Positions 16,506 to 25,882 of a DNA stretch of 64,000 bases are shown one piece after another (the first letter of the stretch is position 1; each line of letters opens with the position of its first letter). The stretch comes from Bacillales bacterium. GTDB lineage: Bacteria > Bacillota > Bacilli > Bacillales > JAVBJX01. The stretch is taken from contig JAVBJX010000005.1 of NCBI GenBank assembly GCA_031546705.1, positions 20,992 through 84,991 on the forward strand, written 5' to 3'. The position numbers and the translations under genes are program-made. The notes below the pieces were generated by a model. The model was given only the letters and a program-made list of their open reading frames with translations. It did not search any database and was not told the origin of the DNA.

Positions 16506-18251
16506 ATGTTTGCAATACTCGGGAAAATGAGTTGGTTTTTTAAACAGGAATGGAAAAGGTACACATTGGCAATTACATTTTTAGTTGCACTTGGTGTCAT
16601 GGAAGTAATTCCACCAAAAGTAATTGGAAATGCGATTGATAGCATTAATACAGGGGAAATGAATAGTGAAACATTAACGAAATATGTTACAGGATTTTTG
16701 TTGTTAACTGTTGTGATTTATTTAATGACGTATGTATTTGTACGGACGTTATTTGGTGGTTCATTTATAGTTGAGCGAATATTACGTTCTCGTTTGATGG
16801 GGCAATTATTAAAAATGACACCAACTTTTTATGAGAAAAACCGTACAGGCGATTTAATGGCGAGAGCAACAAATGATTTAAAAGCAATTGCACAAACAGC
16901 GGGATTTGGAATTTTAACCATGATTGACTCTAGTGTATATATGCTGACAATTGTTTGTACAATGGGCTTTACCATTAGTTGGAAGCTCACAATTATGTCG
17001 ATTTTACCATTACCAATTATGGCATTGGCAATGAATAAGTACGGAAAACATATTCATGAACGGTTTACAATTGCTCAAGATTCTTTTGGGGGATTGAATG
17101 ATTATGTACTGGAATCTGTGTCAGGCGTGCGAGTAATTCGTTCGTATGTGCAAGAAAAAGCAGACCATGCGAAATTTCATGCGATGACGGAAGATGTATT
17201 TAATAAAAACATGAACGTTGCACGAATTGATTCGTTATTTGATCCAACGATTAAATTATTGGTGGGCATTAGTTATTTAATTGGACTTGGCTTCGGGGCA
17301 TCACTCGTTTTTCGAGGGGAAATCACTTTAGGTGAACTTGTTTCTTTTAACGTATATTTAGGCATGATGATTTGGCCAATGTTTGCAGTTGGGGAATTAA
17401 TTAATGTCATGCAAAGAGGAAATGCTTCTTTTGACCGAGTGAATGATACATTGACGTATAAACAAGATGTAACAGACGTAGAAGAAACAGTTTCAGTGAC
17501 TATACCAGAAACAGTTGTTTTTAAAAACGTCACATTCCGTTATCCAACATCAACTGTCAATAATTTAGAAAATGTATCGCTTAATCTAACAAAAGGGCAG
17601 ACACTTGGCATTGTTGGTAGAACAGGGAGCGGAAAAACAACTTTGATCAGACAGTTACTGCGTGAATATCCACTTGGGACAGGTGACATTGAAATTTCTA
17701 ATGTGCCACTTCAAAAAATTGCCATTGATACGATTCAATCATGGCTTGGGTATGTACCGCAAGATCATGTGTTATTTTCAAGAACAGTACAAGAAAATAT
17801 TTTATTTGGAAATAAAAATGCACCAGATGTAAAGTTACAAAACGTCATTGATTTAAGTGCATTTCGTAATGATATTTCCATGCTTAATGAAGGATTAGAA
17901 ACACTTGTTGGTGAAAAAGGAGTTGCCTTGTCTGGTGGACAAAAACAACGGATTTCTATTGCACGGGCATTGTTAGTTGATCCAGAAATCTTAATTCTTG
18001 ATGATGCCTTGTCAGCTGTTGATGCGAAAACAGAGGCAACAATCATTGAAAATATCCGCAGAGAGCGTTCCAACAAAACAACACTCATTACAACCCATCG
18101 TTTATCAGCTGTGGAACATGCTGATTGGATTGTTGTATTAGATGACGGAAGGATTGTGGAAGAAGGAACGCACGAACAATTAATTAAAAATAATGGATGG
18201 TATAGCGAACAATATATCCGTCAACAAGTCAAACAAGCAGAGGAGGCGTAA
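16506..18251 (+). CDS. bmrC: Heterodimeric ABC multidrug exporter subunit (BmrC/YheI-like), degenerate ATP site
   Basis: 6-TM domain plus NBD. Walker A GRTGSGKTT, signature LSGGQKQR. Walker B is ILILDDALS, with Asp in place of the catalytic Glu. Size and pairing match B. subtilis YheI. Confidence 0.8.
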   Translation: MFAILGKMSWFFKQEWKRYTLAITFLVALGVMEVIPPKVIGNAIDSINTGEMNSETLTKYVTGFLLLTVVIYLMTYVFVRTLFGGSFIVERILRSRLMGQLLKMTPTFYEKNRTGDLMARATNDLKAIAQTAGFGILTMIDSSVYMLTIVCTMGFTISWKLTIMSILPLPIMALAMNKYGKHIHERFTIAQDSFGGLNDYVLESVSGVRVIRSYVQEKADHAKFHAMTEDVFNKNMNVARIDSLFDPTIKLLVGISYLIGLGFGASLVFRGEITLGELVSFNVYLGMMIWPMFAVGELINVMQRGNASFDRVNDTLTYKQDVTDVEETVSVTIPETVVFKNVTFRYPTSTVNNLENVSLNLTKGQTLGIVGRTGSGKTTLIRQLLREYPLGTGDIEISNVPLQKIAIDTIQSWLGYVPQDHVLFSRTVQENILFGNKNAPDVKLQNVIDLSAFRNDISMLNEGLETLVGEKGVALSGGQKQRISIARALLVDPEILILDDALSAVDAKTEATIIENIRRERSNKTTLITTHRLSAVEHADWIVVLDDGRIVEEGTHEQLIKNNGWYSEQYIRQQVKQAEEA

Positions 18252-18253
18252 CT

Positions 18254-20269
18254 ATGGTAGGAAAAAGATTAGTTCAGTACGCTCTCCATTTTAAATTTAT
18301 TATTATTGGAGCATTACTTATGTTGTCCGTTGCGGTTGGAGCAGAATTAACGGGGCCGTTTGTCGCAAAACGGATGATTGACCAACATATTCTTGGTATA
18401 GAGTACAAATGGTACGAGGTAGAGAAAAGTGAAGATGCTGTGCCATATGAAAATAAATGGTACAAACGTGAAGACCGTTTTTCAAGTGGAGAAAGTAAAG
18501 GTCATGAGATTCGTGTGCTTCAAGTCGGACGGAAATATTATTTTGTAGATAAAGCAATCAAATTTGATGGAGAGCGGTCAGTGAAAGACGAAACACTTTC
18601 TATTAAACGTGGGGAAGAAGTTGTTACGTATCAAGCAAACTTATTATCGAGTTCGGAGCTATACAAATTTTATGAACCAGAAGTATATCGGTTAATTAAA
18701 TTATTGTCTATTTATTTTGGATTGTTAGTGATTGCATCAGGTTTTCATTACGGGCAGCGATTTTTCTTGCAAAAATCTTCCAATCGTATTATTCAAAAAA
18801 TGCGTGATGATGTGTTTGGACATATTCAGACGTTACCGATTAATTACTTTGATAATTTGCCAGCAGGGAAAGTGGTTTCAAGAATTACAAATGATACCGA
18901 AGCTATTCGAGAGTTATATGTAACGGTTGTTTCTACTTTTTTTACGAGCATTATTTATATTACAGGGATTTTTATTGCCTTGTTTTTACTCAATGTAAAA
19001 ATGGCATCCATTTGTTTAATTCTTCTACCAATCTTAGTTATTTGGATTATCTTTTATCGGAAATATGCCGCACATTACAATCACATGATTCGTTCGAGAT
19101 TAAGTGATATTAATGGAATGATTAATGAATCGATTCAAGGGATGAAAATTATTCAAGCATTTCGCCGGCAATCAGAAACAAAAAGTGAATTTGAAGAAAT
19201 GAATGGCGATTACTTTAAGTATCAAAATAAAATGCTGACGTTAAATGCAACGATGGCATTCAACTTAGTAAGTGTGCTTCGTAACTTAGCATTTGTTGGG
19301 CTCATTTGGTATTTCGGCAATCTGTCTTTCGAGCCTGCGAGCGTCATTTCCATGGGAATGTTATATGCATTTGTTGATTATTTGAACCGTTTGTTCCAAC
19401 CAATCACTGGTATGATTAACCAGTTAGCTAACTTAGAACAAGCACGGGTAGCGGCAAGTCGTGTGTTTGAATTATTAGATGAACAAGGAATAGATGTTAG
19501 CGAAGAAAAAATGGACAGATACAAAGGCAATGTTATTTTTGATAATGTGTCATTTGCCTATAAAGAAGATGATTATGTATTAAAAAACATTCACTTTACC
19601 GCAAAACAAGGGGAAACAGTTGCCTTAGTTGGTCATACAGGCTCAGGAAAAAGTTCAATTATGAATTTACTTTTACGTTTTTATGATATTCAAAAAGGGA
19701 CAATTCTAATTGATGGTCAAGATATGTCGAAGTTGCCAAAACAAACAACAAGGAAGCATATGGCAATTGTCTTGCAAGATCCATTCTTATTCACAGGAAC
19801 AATCGCCACAAATGTGAGCTTAAATGATCCAGCTATTACTCGGGAGAAAGTAGATCAAGCACTCCGAGATGTTGGAGCAGAGCGACTACTTAAAAACTTA
19901 CCAAATGGATTTGATGAACCAGTGATTGAGAAGGGAAGCACATTATCGTCCGGGCAAAGACAACTCGTTTCATTTGCCAGAGCATTAGCATTTGATCCGG
20001 CAATTCTTGTATTAGATGAAGCTACCGCAAATATTGATACAGAAACCGAAGCAGTTATTCAAGATGCACTAGATGTACTCAAAAAAGGACGAACAACTTT
20101 TATTATTGCTCACCGACTTTCTACTATTAAAAATGCTGATCAAATTCTTGTGTTGGATAGAGGAGAAATTGTCGAGCGTGGTAATCATGATGAATTAATG
20201 AAAGCACACGAACGTTATTATCAAATGTATGAATTGCAACAAGGGAAGAAGTCAGAGTTAGCTGGGTAA
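18254..20269 (+). CDS. bmrD: Heterodimeric ABC multidrug exporter subunit (BmrD/YheH-like), consensus ATP site
   Basis: Extra ~100-aa extracytoplasmic insert after TM1, as in YheH. Walker A GHTGSGKSS, Walker B ILVLDEATA, non-canonical signature LSSGQRQ. Confidence 0.8.
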   Translation: MVGKRLVQYALHFKFIIIGALLMLSVAVGAELTGPFVAKRMIDQHILGIEYKWYEVEKSEDAVPYENKWYKREDRFSSGESKGHEIRVLQVGRKYYFVDKAIKFDGERSVKDETLSIKRGEEVVTYQANLLSSSELYKFYEPEVYRLIKLLSIYFGLLVIASGFHYGQRFFLQKSSNRIIQKMRDDVFGHIQTLPINYFDNLPAGKVVSRITNDTEAIRELYVTVVSTFFTSIIYITGIFIALFLLNVKMASICLILLPILVIWIIFYRKYAAHYNHMIRSRLSDINGMINESIQGMKIIQAFRRQSETKSEFEEMNGDYFKYQNKMLTLNATMAFNLVSVLRNLAFVGLIWYFGNLSFEPASVISMGMLYAFVDYLNRLFQPITGMINQLANLEQARVAASRVFELLDEQGIDVSEEKMDRYKGNVIFDNVSFAYKEDDYVLKNIHFTAKQGETVALVGHTGSGKSSIMNLLLRFYDIQKGTILIDGQDMSKLPKQTTRKHMAIVLQDPFLFTGTIATNVSLNDPAITREKVDQALRDVGAERLLKNLPNGFDEPVIEKGSTLSSGQRQLVSFARALAFDPAILVLDEATANIDTETEAVIQDALDVLKKGRTTFIIAHRLSTIKNADQILVLDRGEIVERGNHDELMKAHERYYQMYELQQGKKSELAG

Positions 20270-20304
20270 GTTGTGTTGCCGATTTATGATAGAAATAGTC
20301 ACAC

Positions 20305-20340
20305 TGGTGCTAGTTAGATGATAATTTCTAACTAGCACCA
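20305..20340 (+). terminator. 13-bp hairpin after bmrD (no clear U-tract)
   Basis: TGGTGCTAGTTAG-N10-CTAACTAGCACCA. Confidence 0.45.
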
Positions 20341-20424
20341 CAGGTAAACAATGCCAGAATTCAAAAAAATAACAGCAGAAAGGATGGCGAACTAGCTGAG
20401 TAATAGATTAGGGGAGGAAAAAGG

Positions 20425-21696
20425 ATGAGAAATTTATTTACACGCTTAAAGAAAATGGATCGAAATATATGGATTCAATTTTTTGGAGCGTCTTTAAGTA
20501 GTATAAGCATGTTTATGTTAATGCCGTTTTTTACATTGTATTTAAAAGATAAAACAGATTCACTTTTTCAAGTGGGAATAGTTATTGCGATTGAATCATT
20601 TGCTGCTGTTCTTGGTTCACTAATTGGTGGGCGGCTTGCCGATACGTATGGGCGAAAGCCAATGATGGTGTTTTCCATGTTTGGAAGTGCGGTTATTATG
20701 CTTGGATATATTGTTTTTGGTAATTTTCTTGCGTATACAATACTTAGTGCATTTTCGGGAATGTTGAATTCTTTTTATGGTCCAGCCGCATCAGCAATGA
20801 TAGCAGATGTGACGGAGAAAGAAGAGAGAACGGAAGCATATGGTTTAATGAGAATGGGTTGGAATATTGGTGCAGCAATTGGTCCACTTATTGGTGCAAT
20901 GATTATTTTTGTTCCAAAAGCATTGCTGTTTATGATTGCATCGGGGTCTTTATTTCTGTTTGCACTGGCATTACTGTTCTTGATTCGTGAAACAAAACCA
21001 GAGGTGCTTGAGAAGAATGAGGATGAGGAAGGCAATATGAACATGTCGGTGTTTCGGATTGTGCTTCAAGATAGAGTCTTATTTACATTTGTGGCGACTG
21101 GAATTATTATTTCGATGGGATTTTCAGTAGGAGAGGGAATGTTGCCACTTCACTTTGATAGAGAACTAGTCCATTTTACTGATAAACAAAATCCATTTCC
21201 ATATTTAATGTCTATGAATGGATTAATGGTTGTGTTATTGCAATTTGCGATTTCTGCATGGGCGAGTAATAAAAATAGTGGTTCGGTCATGTTGCTTGGA
21301 GCTAGTTTATTTGGAGTAGGATTACTTGGAATTGGCTGGTTGCCAAGATGGTTGGATGCATCAGGAGCAAGTTTTGCAGTGATGCTGATGGTTATGATGG
21401 TTGTGTATGCGGTATACACATTTGGAGAAATGGTCATGTCACCTGTACAAATGACTTTTGTTGCCAATATTGCTCCTGAACATTTGCGTGGAACATATAT
21501 GGGAGCAGCGAATTTACAGTGGATTATTGGTGGCGTATTTGGGCCATTACTTGGCGGATATTTATTTGACAGGTCGCTCGGAAATGTGTTGTTTACGATA
21601 CTTGGAATTGGAAGTTTAATTGCTGGGGTATTTTACGTATTGGTTGATCGTTATCATCAAAGAAAAGTCAAGGAAGCAGAAGAAGCGACTGCGTAA
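20425..21696 (+). CDS. MFS transporter (12-TM, drug:H+ antiporter-like)
   Basis: Motif A-like GGRLADTYGRKPMM between TM2 and TM3. Hydrophobic throughout. Confidence 0.8.
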   Translation: MRNLFTRLKKMDRNIWIQFFGASLSSISMFMLMPFFTLYLKDKTDSLFQVGIVIAIESFAAVLGSLIGGRLADTYGRKPMMVFSMFGSAVIMLGYIVFGNFLAYTILSAFSGMLNSFYGPAASAMIADVTEKEERTEAYGLMRMGWNIGAAIGPLIGAMIIFVPKALLFMIASGSLFLFALALLFLIRETKPEVLEKNEDEEGNMNMSVFRIVLQDRVLFTFVATGIIISMGFSVGEGMLPLHFDRELVHFTDKQNPFPYLMSMNGLMVVLLQFAISAWASNKNSGSVMLLGASLFGVGLLGIGWLPRWLDASGASFAVMLMVMMVVYAVYTFGEMVMSPVQMTFVANIAPEHLRGTYMGAANLQWIIGGVFGPLLGGYLFDRSLGNVLFTILGIGSLIAGVFYVLVDRYHQRKVKEAEEATA

Positions 21697-21820
21697 ATTA
21701 GGAGGATTTATATAGTAAGTCCTACTTTGAATAAAAACATTATATAGATCTGCTTTTTTCGGGAATGGTTATTTTGAGCGAGCAGTTTTATGTATTCTAT
21801 TTTGATAATCGAGTATTTTT

Positions 21821-21867
21821 AGGAGATTAGCGGAGAAAGATGCTAATCTCCTTCTATTATTTTTTTA
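21821..21867 (+). terminator. Intrinsic terminator after the MFS gene
   Basis: AGGAGATTAGC..GCTAATCTCCT stem followed by a T-rich run. Confidence 0.7.
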
Positions 21868-21876
21868 TTAAAAATC

Positions 21877-21944
21877 TTGACAATCTCTAAACAGTGGTAT
21901 AAAGTAAAAGTCAATAAATGACCAAATGGACAAAACAGTCATTT
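21877..21944 (+). promoter_or_regulatory. Promoter plus palindromic TetR-type operator (op1)
   Basis: TTGACA-17 nt-TAAAGT (or the TGgTATAAA extended -10), followed by AAATGACCAAATGGACAAAACAGTCATTT (21916-21944). Confidence 0.5.
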
Positions 21945-21965
21945 GTTGAAAGGAGGAACTTTGAA

Positions 21966-22541
21966 ATGCGTAAAAAACAAATTTTAGTAGCAGCAACAAA
22001 TTCTTTTACAATATTTGGTTATAAAGCAACAACGATTGAACAAATTTCTAAAATAGCAAATGTGGGTAAAGGAACTATTTATACGTATTTTAAAGATAAA
22101 GAAGAACTACTTGTAGAAATTATTTCTTCTATTATTAAGCAACTACAAAAAGAAGCAGAAGCAGTTATTAAGCAAGATGATTCTTTTACAACAAATTTTC
22201 ATCGAGTAGCTTATAAAATGATGGAAATCAGGAAAAAACATCAACTTATTACACAACTGAGACAAGAAGTAAATAACATGGGAACATCTATTGTTCAAAT
22301 AGAAATTAATCGATTGGAACAAGCAATTATGGTATTTGCTCGTACAAAGATTGAGGAAGCAATTGAGCAATGTCAAATCAAACCATGTGATCCAGAATTA
22401 ACAGCATTTATACTTCTAAAAATGTATGTTGCTCTAATTTTTGATTGGGAACAACAACATGAGCCACTTCCTGAAGAAAAGATTGAACAGTTGGTGGAAT
22501 TATATTTTTTACAAGGCTTGGCAGTAGTAGAGAACTCATGA
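21966..22541 (+). CDS. yhgD: TetR/AcrR-family transcriptional regulator (YhgD-like)
   Basis: HTH region FTIFGYKATTIEQISKIANVGKGTIYTYFKDKEEL. ATG at 21966 (AGGAGG 8 nt upstream) is preferred over 21918, which lies inside the operator. It precedes a YhgE/Pip gene, as in B. subtilis. Confidence 0.8.
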   Translation: MRKKQILVAATNSFTIFGYKATTIEQISKIANVGKGTIYTYFKDKEELLVEIISSIIKQLQKEAEAVIKQDDSFTTNFHRVAYKMMEIRKKHQLITQLRQEVNNMGTSIVQIEINRLEQAIMVFARTKIEEAIEQCQIKPCDPELTAFILLKMYVALIFDWEQQHEPLPEEKIEQLVELYFLQGLAVVENS

Positions 22542-22568
22542 ATGGGATGAGTATTTTTTTCATACATT

Positions 22569-22592
22569 ATGACCAAATGAATAAATCAGTCA
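22569..22592 (+). promoter_or_regulatory. Second copy of the operator-like motif (op2)
   Basis: ATGACCAAATGAATAAATCAGTCA shares ATGACCAAATG..A..A.CAGTCA with op1. It lies 16 nt before the yhgE-like start. Confidence 0.45.
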
Positions 22593-22607
22593 AATAGGAG
22601 AATTACG

Positions 22608-24905
22608 ATGTTAAAAAATGAATTAAAGAAAATATTTTCTAGCCCAAAAATCTTCATTCCGATTATTGCTGTGTTATTTATTCCAGTTTTGTATAGTGGG
22701 ATTTTACTATGGGCATTTTGGGATCCTTATGGCCAGTTAGATAAATTGCCTGTTGCTGTTGTCAATCAAGATGCTGGAACAACTTTTAATAACAAAACAT
22801 TAAATGTCGGACATGAATTAGTAACGAGTCTAAAGGACAATAAAAAATTTGCTTGGAAATTCGTCGATGAACAAACCGCACGTAAAGGGTTAGATGATGG
22901 TACATATTATATGGAACTAATCATCCCAAAAGATTTCTCAGCCAATGCGGCAACACTCAGTGATGAGAATCCAAAAAAATTAGAAATGATGTATATTCCA
23001 AATGGATCAAGAAACTTTGTCGCTACACAAATCGGTAGTTCGGCAATGGAGAAAGTGAAAGAAGAAGTTGCGAGTAATATATCTTCAACGTATGCAAAAG
23101 TGATGTTTGATAATATTCATATACTAGCAAATGGACTCGTAAATGCGTCTAGCGGAGCAGAAAAAATTTCTACTGGCATTCATTCGGCTTCAGATGGAAT
23201 GACTACACTTTCTAGTGGTGTATCAACTGCAAATAATGCTTCGGAGAAAATAGCAACTAATTTAGACATGTTGGCAACAAGCACAACTCAATTTAAACAA
23301 GGAATGAGTAGTGCCAAACAAGGATCACAACAACTACAAACAGGGTTAACTACATTAAATAATAGAGTACCACAGCTAATTACTGGGGAAAAGCAATTAT
23401 TACAAGGTGTGAACAAAGTAAAATCTGGTGCAATAACTATTCATGAAAAAATGAATCAAGTAGGAGACGGCTTACAACAATTAAATAAAAATATGCCTCT
23501 TCTAGTAAATGGAGCAACGGAAGCAAGTGATGGTGCTACAAAACTTGCGGGGGGTTTAACAAAATGGAATGAAGGTGCGACTACCACTTTAAATGGTGCA
23601 ACAAATGTAACGAACGGCTTACAACAATTAGTAGCAAAATTAACACAGTTACAATTGTCTTCAACTGATCCAGTCCAAAAAGCAACATATCAAACACTTC
23701 TGCAAAACACACAAGCTTTAGCAACTGGTAGTACACAAGTAGCTGGTGGAATAGCACAATTAACAAATTCTGCAACTCAGTTACAGCAAGGATCACAACA
23801 ACTTGCGACTGGTATTCAAACATTAGCAGAAAAACAACAACAAGTAGCAGGAGGTATTTCAAAACTTTCAACTGGACAACAGCAATTATTTACAGCAATG
23901 AATCAATTAGTAGCGGGTCAAACAAATATTTCAACCAATATGGGAATAGTTATTGGAAAAATGACCGAAATGCAAACGGGTGTGAACAAATTAACAACTG
24001 GTAGCAGAGAACTTGTAAATGGATTAACAAAACTCTCTAGTGGTGCAGTTGCACTTGAAAGTGGAGCAAAACAACTTGCTTCTGGGTCACATCAGTTATC
24101 AACTGGATTAATAAAATTAGTCGATGGAACAAGTCAACTTTCAACAGGCATGACGAAATTACAGACAGGAAGTAATGAACTACAAACAAAATTAGCTGAG
24201 GGGGCAAATGATGCTTCTAAAGTGAAAGCAACGGACAAAACATATGATATGTTTGCTAGACCTGTAGATTTACAAATCAATGATCTTCACAAAATACCGA
24301 ATTACGGAACAGGAATTACGCCATATTTTGCTTCTCTTGGTTTATTTGTTGGAGCATTATTATTAACGATTGTTTTTCCAGTACGTGAACCAGTTATTGT
24401 ACCGAAATCAGGGCTTCAATGGTTTTTTGGGAAATTTGGGGTGTTATTAATTGTTGGAGTGTTACAATCACTACTTTTAGATGCGATTTTGTTAATAGGA
24501 CTGGATTTGGATGTTCAAAATGTATTTTATTTCTTTCTAATGTCGCTAGTGACAAGTTTAACATTTTTAGCAATTGTTCAATTCCTAGTGACAATATTAG
24601 ATAATCCTGGTCGTTTCATTGCTATTATTTTACTGATTTTACAACTGGCAACGAGTGCCGGAACATTTCCATTAGAATTAGCTCCAGATGCACTCAAACC
24701 ATTACATGCATTTTTGCCAATGGCTTACTCAGTTGATGGATTTAGAGCAGTCATTTCCAGTGGAGATTTTTCGCAAATGTTTCATGATATGCTTATATTA
24801 GGTGTCTTTGCTGTAATTTGTATGGCTGGAACGATTGCTTACTTTGCAATGATGAAAAAAATTAAGTATACGAGAAGTTTGAAAGAAGAAGTAAGTACAT
24901 TATAG
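22608..24905 (+). CDS. yhgE: YhgE/Pip-family membrane protein (phage-infection-protein homologue)
   Basis: N-terminal TM plus PVAVVNQD motif. A long Q/T/L-rich repetitive extracytoplasmic region (L..G..QL..G repeats). C-terminal 5-TM ABC-2-like block. Confidence 0.85.
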   Translation: MLKNELKKIFSSPKIFIPIIAVLFIPVLYSGILLWAFWDPYGQLDKLPVAVVNQDAGTTFNNKTLNVGHELVTSLKDNKKFAWKFVDEQTARKGLDDGTYYMELIIPKDFSANAATLSDENPKKLEMMYIPNGSRNFVATQIGSSAMEKVKEEVASNISSTYAKVMFDNIHILANGLVNASSGAEKISTGIHSASDGMTTLSSGVSTANNASEKIATNLDMLATSTTQFKQGMSSAKQGSQQLQTGLTTLNNRVPQLITGEKQLLQGVNKVKSGAITIHEKMNQVGDGLQQLNKNMPLLVNGATEASDGATKLAGGLTKWNEGATTTLNGATNVTNGLQQLVAKLTQLQLSSTDPVQKATYQTLLQNTQALATGSTQVAGGIAQLTNSATQLQQGSQQLATGIQTLAEKQQQVAGGISKLSTGQQQLFTAMNQLVAGQTNISTNMGIVIGKMTEMQTGVNKLTTGSRELVNGLTKLSSGAVALESGAKQLASGSHQLSTGLIKLVDGTSQLSTGMTKLQTGSNELQTKLAEGANDASKVKATDKTYDMFARPVDLQINDLHKIPNYGTGITPYFASLGLFVGALLLTIVFPVREPVIVPKSGLQWFFGKFGVLLIVGVLQSLLLDAILLIGLDLDVQNVFYFFLMSLVTSLTFLAIVQFLVTILDNPGRFIAIILLILQLATSAGTFPLELAPDALKPLHAFLPMAYSVDGFRAVISSGDFSQMFHDMLILGVFAVICMAGTIAYFAMMKKIKYTRSLKEEVSTL

Positions 24906-25034
24906 GAATAGAGCCGTCTATTTTTCATAGGAAAAGCTATGAGAGGTAGGCGGTGTTTTTTTAATGTAAGTTGTTTTCGTAAAGATTGTTGCTCTTAATT
25001 TGAAAAGACACGTAATGAGTGTAATACTTGGTTA

Positions 25035-25526
25035 CTATTTTTTCATCCCTACTCTTACAAGTTGGCTGAACGGAATTTCCATTACATATCTTTTTGATGG
25101 ACAAAAAATAAACTGCTCCTCATCCAATAAATTGTCAAAACTAGCTATTACATTTTCTATCACTGTCTCAATTACAGGGTTCGAGCCAAAGGTAGTGGAA
25201 AATTTCTTCAAAAGATAAACCTGACTATTTTCAAAACCATGATTTTTAATAAATTTGGTAAGTTCCTCTGCATTTTCCACAATCTTTTTATTTCCCATTC
25301 TACTCCAATCAATTCTTCCATTCCCAGAAAAATCAAATGAATAGTATTTCGAGAATTCTTCATATAAAGTATCGCTTTCATATTCTTTCAAAACCACGAT
25401 GGTTTCTTTCAATATTAGTTCTTCGCAATATTCACTTGCAATCTGTTTATAAATTTCTTTTTCATCCCTTTCTTTTTCTTGTTGTAATTTTCGTTGTAAT
25501 CTTTTTTGTCTTTCTGTCCTGTCCAT
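25035..25526 (-). CDS. Hypothetical protein (charged N-terminal helix plus globular domain)
   Basis: 163-aa ORF with a good SD (AAGGAG). No family recognised. Confidence 0.55.
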   Translation of the reverse strand: MDRTERQKRLQRKLQQEKERDEKEIYKQIASEYCEELILKETIVVLKEYESDTLYEEFSKYYSFDFSGNGRIDWSRMGNKKIVENAEELTKFIKNHGFENSQVYLLKKFSTTFGSNPVIETVIENVIASFDNLLDEEQFIFCPSKRYVMEIPFSQLVRVGMKK

Positions 25527-25882
25527 AATATCTTAACTCCTTACTCTTTGAATGGTGATTTAATCGTTCTTGCTAAATCAAGACACAGTTTTACTTTTTA
25601 GGATTGAAATAGTTTTTGTTGTTCTTTTATTGGATAGTTTAGCGATATCTTTTAGGAAATTAATCATGTAAAAAGTCCCTTTGAACAGATTCTATGTTTC
25701 TATTATATATTCTGTCCAAAAGAACAATAATTAATACAAAAACAGCTTTAATGGCAGAGTATAAATAGGTGAAAATCTCAAAAAGATTTAATTTTTGCAT
25801 CTTTTTTAGTCGCTCTCCTAAAAATTATATAGTATAATACAAGAAATCATGTAGTAGAATGAACTTGATAGGAGGAGAATCA

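Noticed and set aside
23581-23871. Minus-strand 96-aa ORF and repetitive DNA inside yhgE; considered as a possible repeat array.
   Set aside because: The repetitiveness reflects the Q/T/L-rich L..G..QL..G protein repeats of the YhgE/Pip ectodomain. There is no spacer/repeat regularity of the CRISPR kind.
25000-25218. Plus-strand 72-aa ORF antisense to the 25035-25526 gene. The 25337-25528 and 25825-26040 ORFs are similar cases.
   Set aside because: They are shadow frames of a gene with a good SD, or overlaps with the acyl-CoA ligase start region. There are no translation signals.
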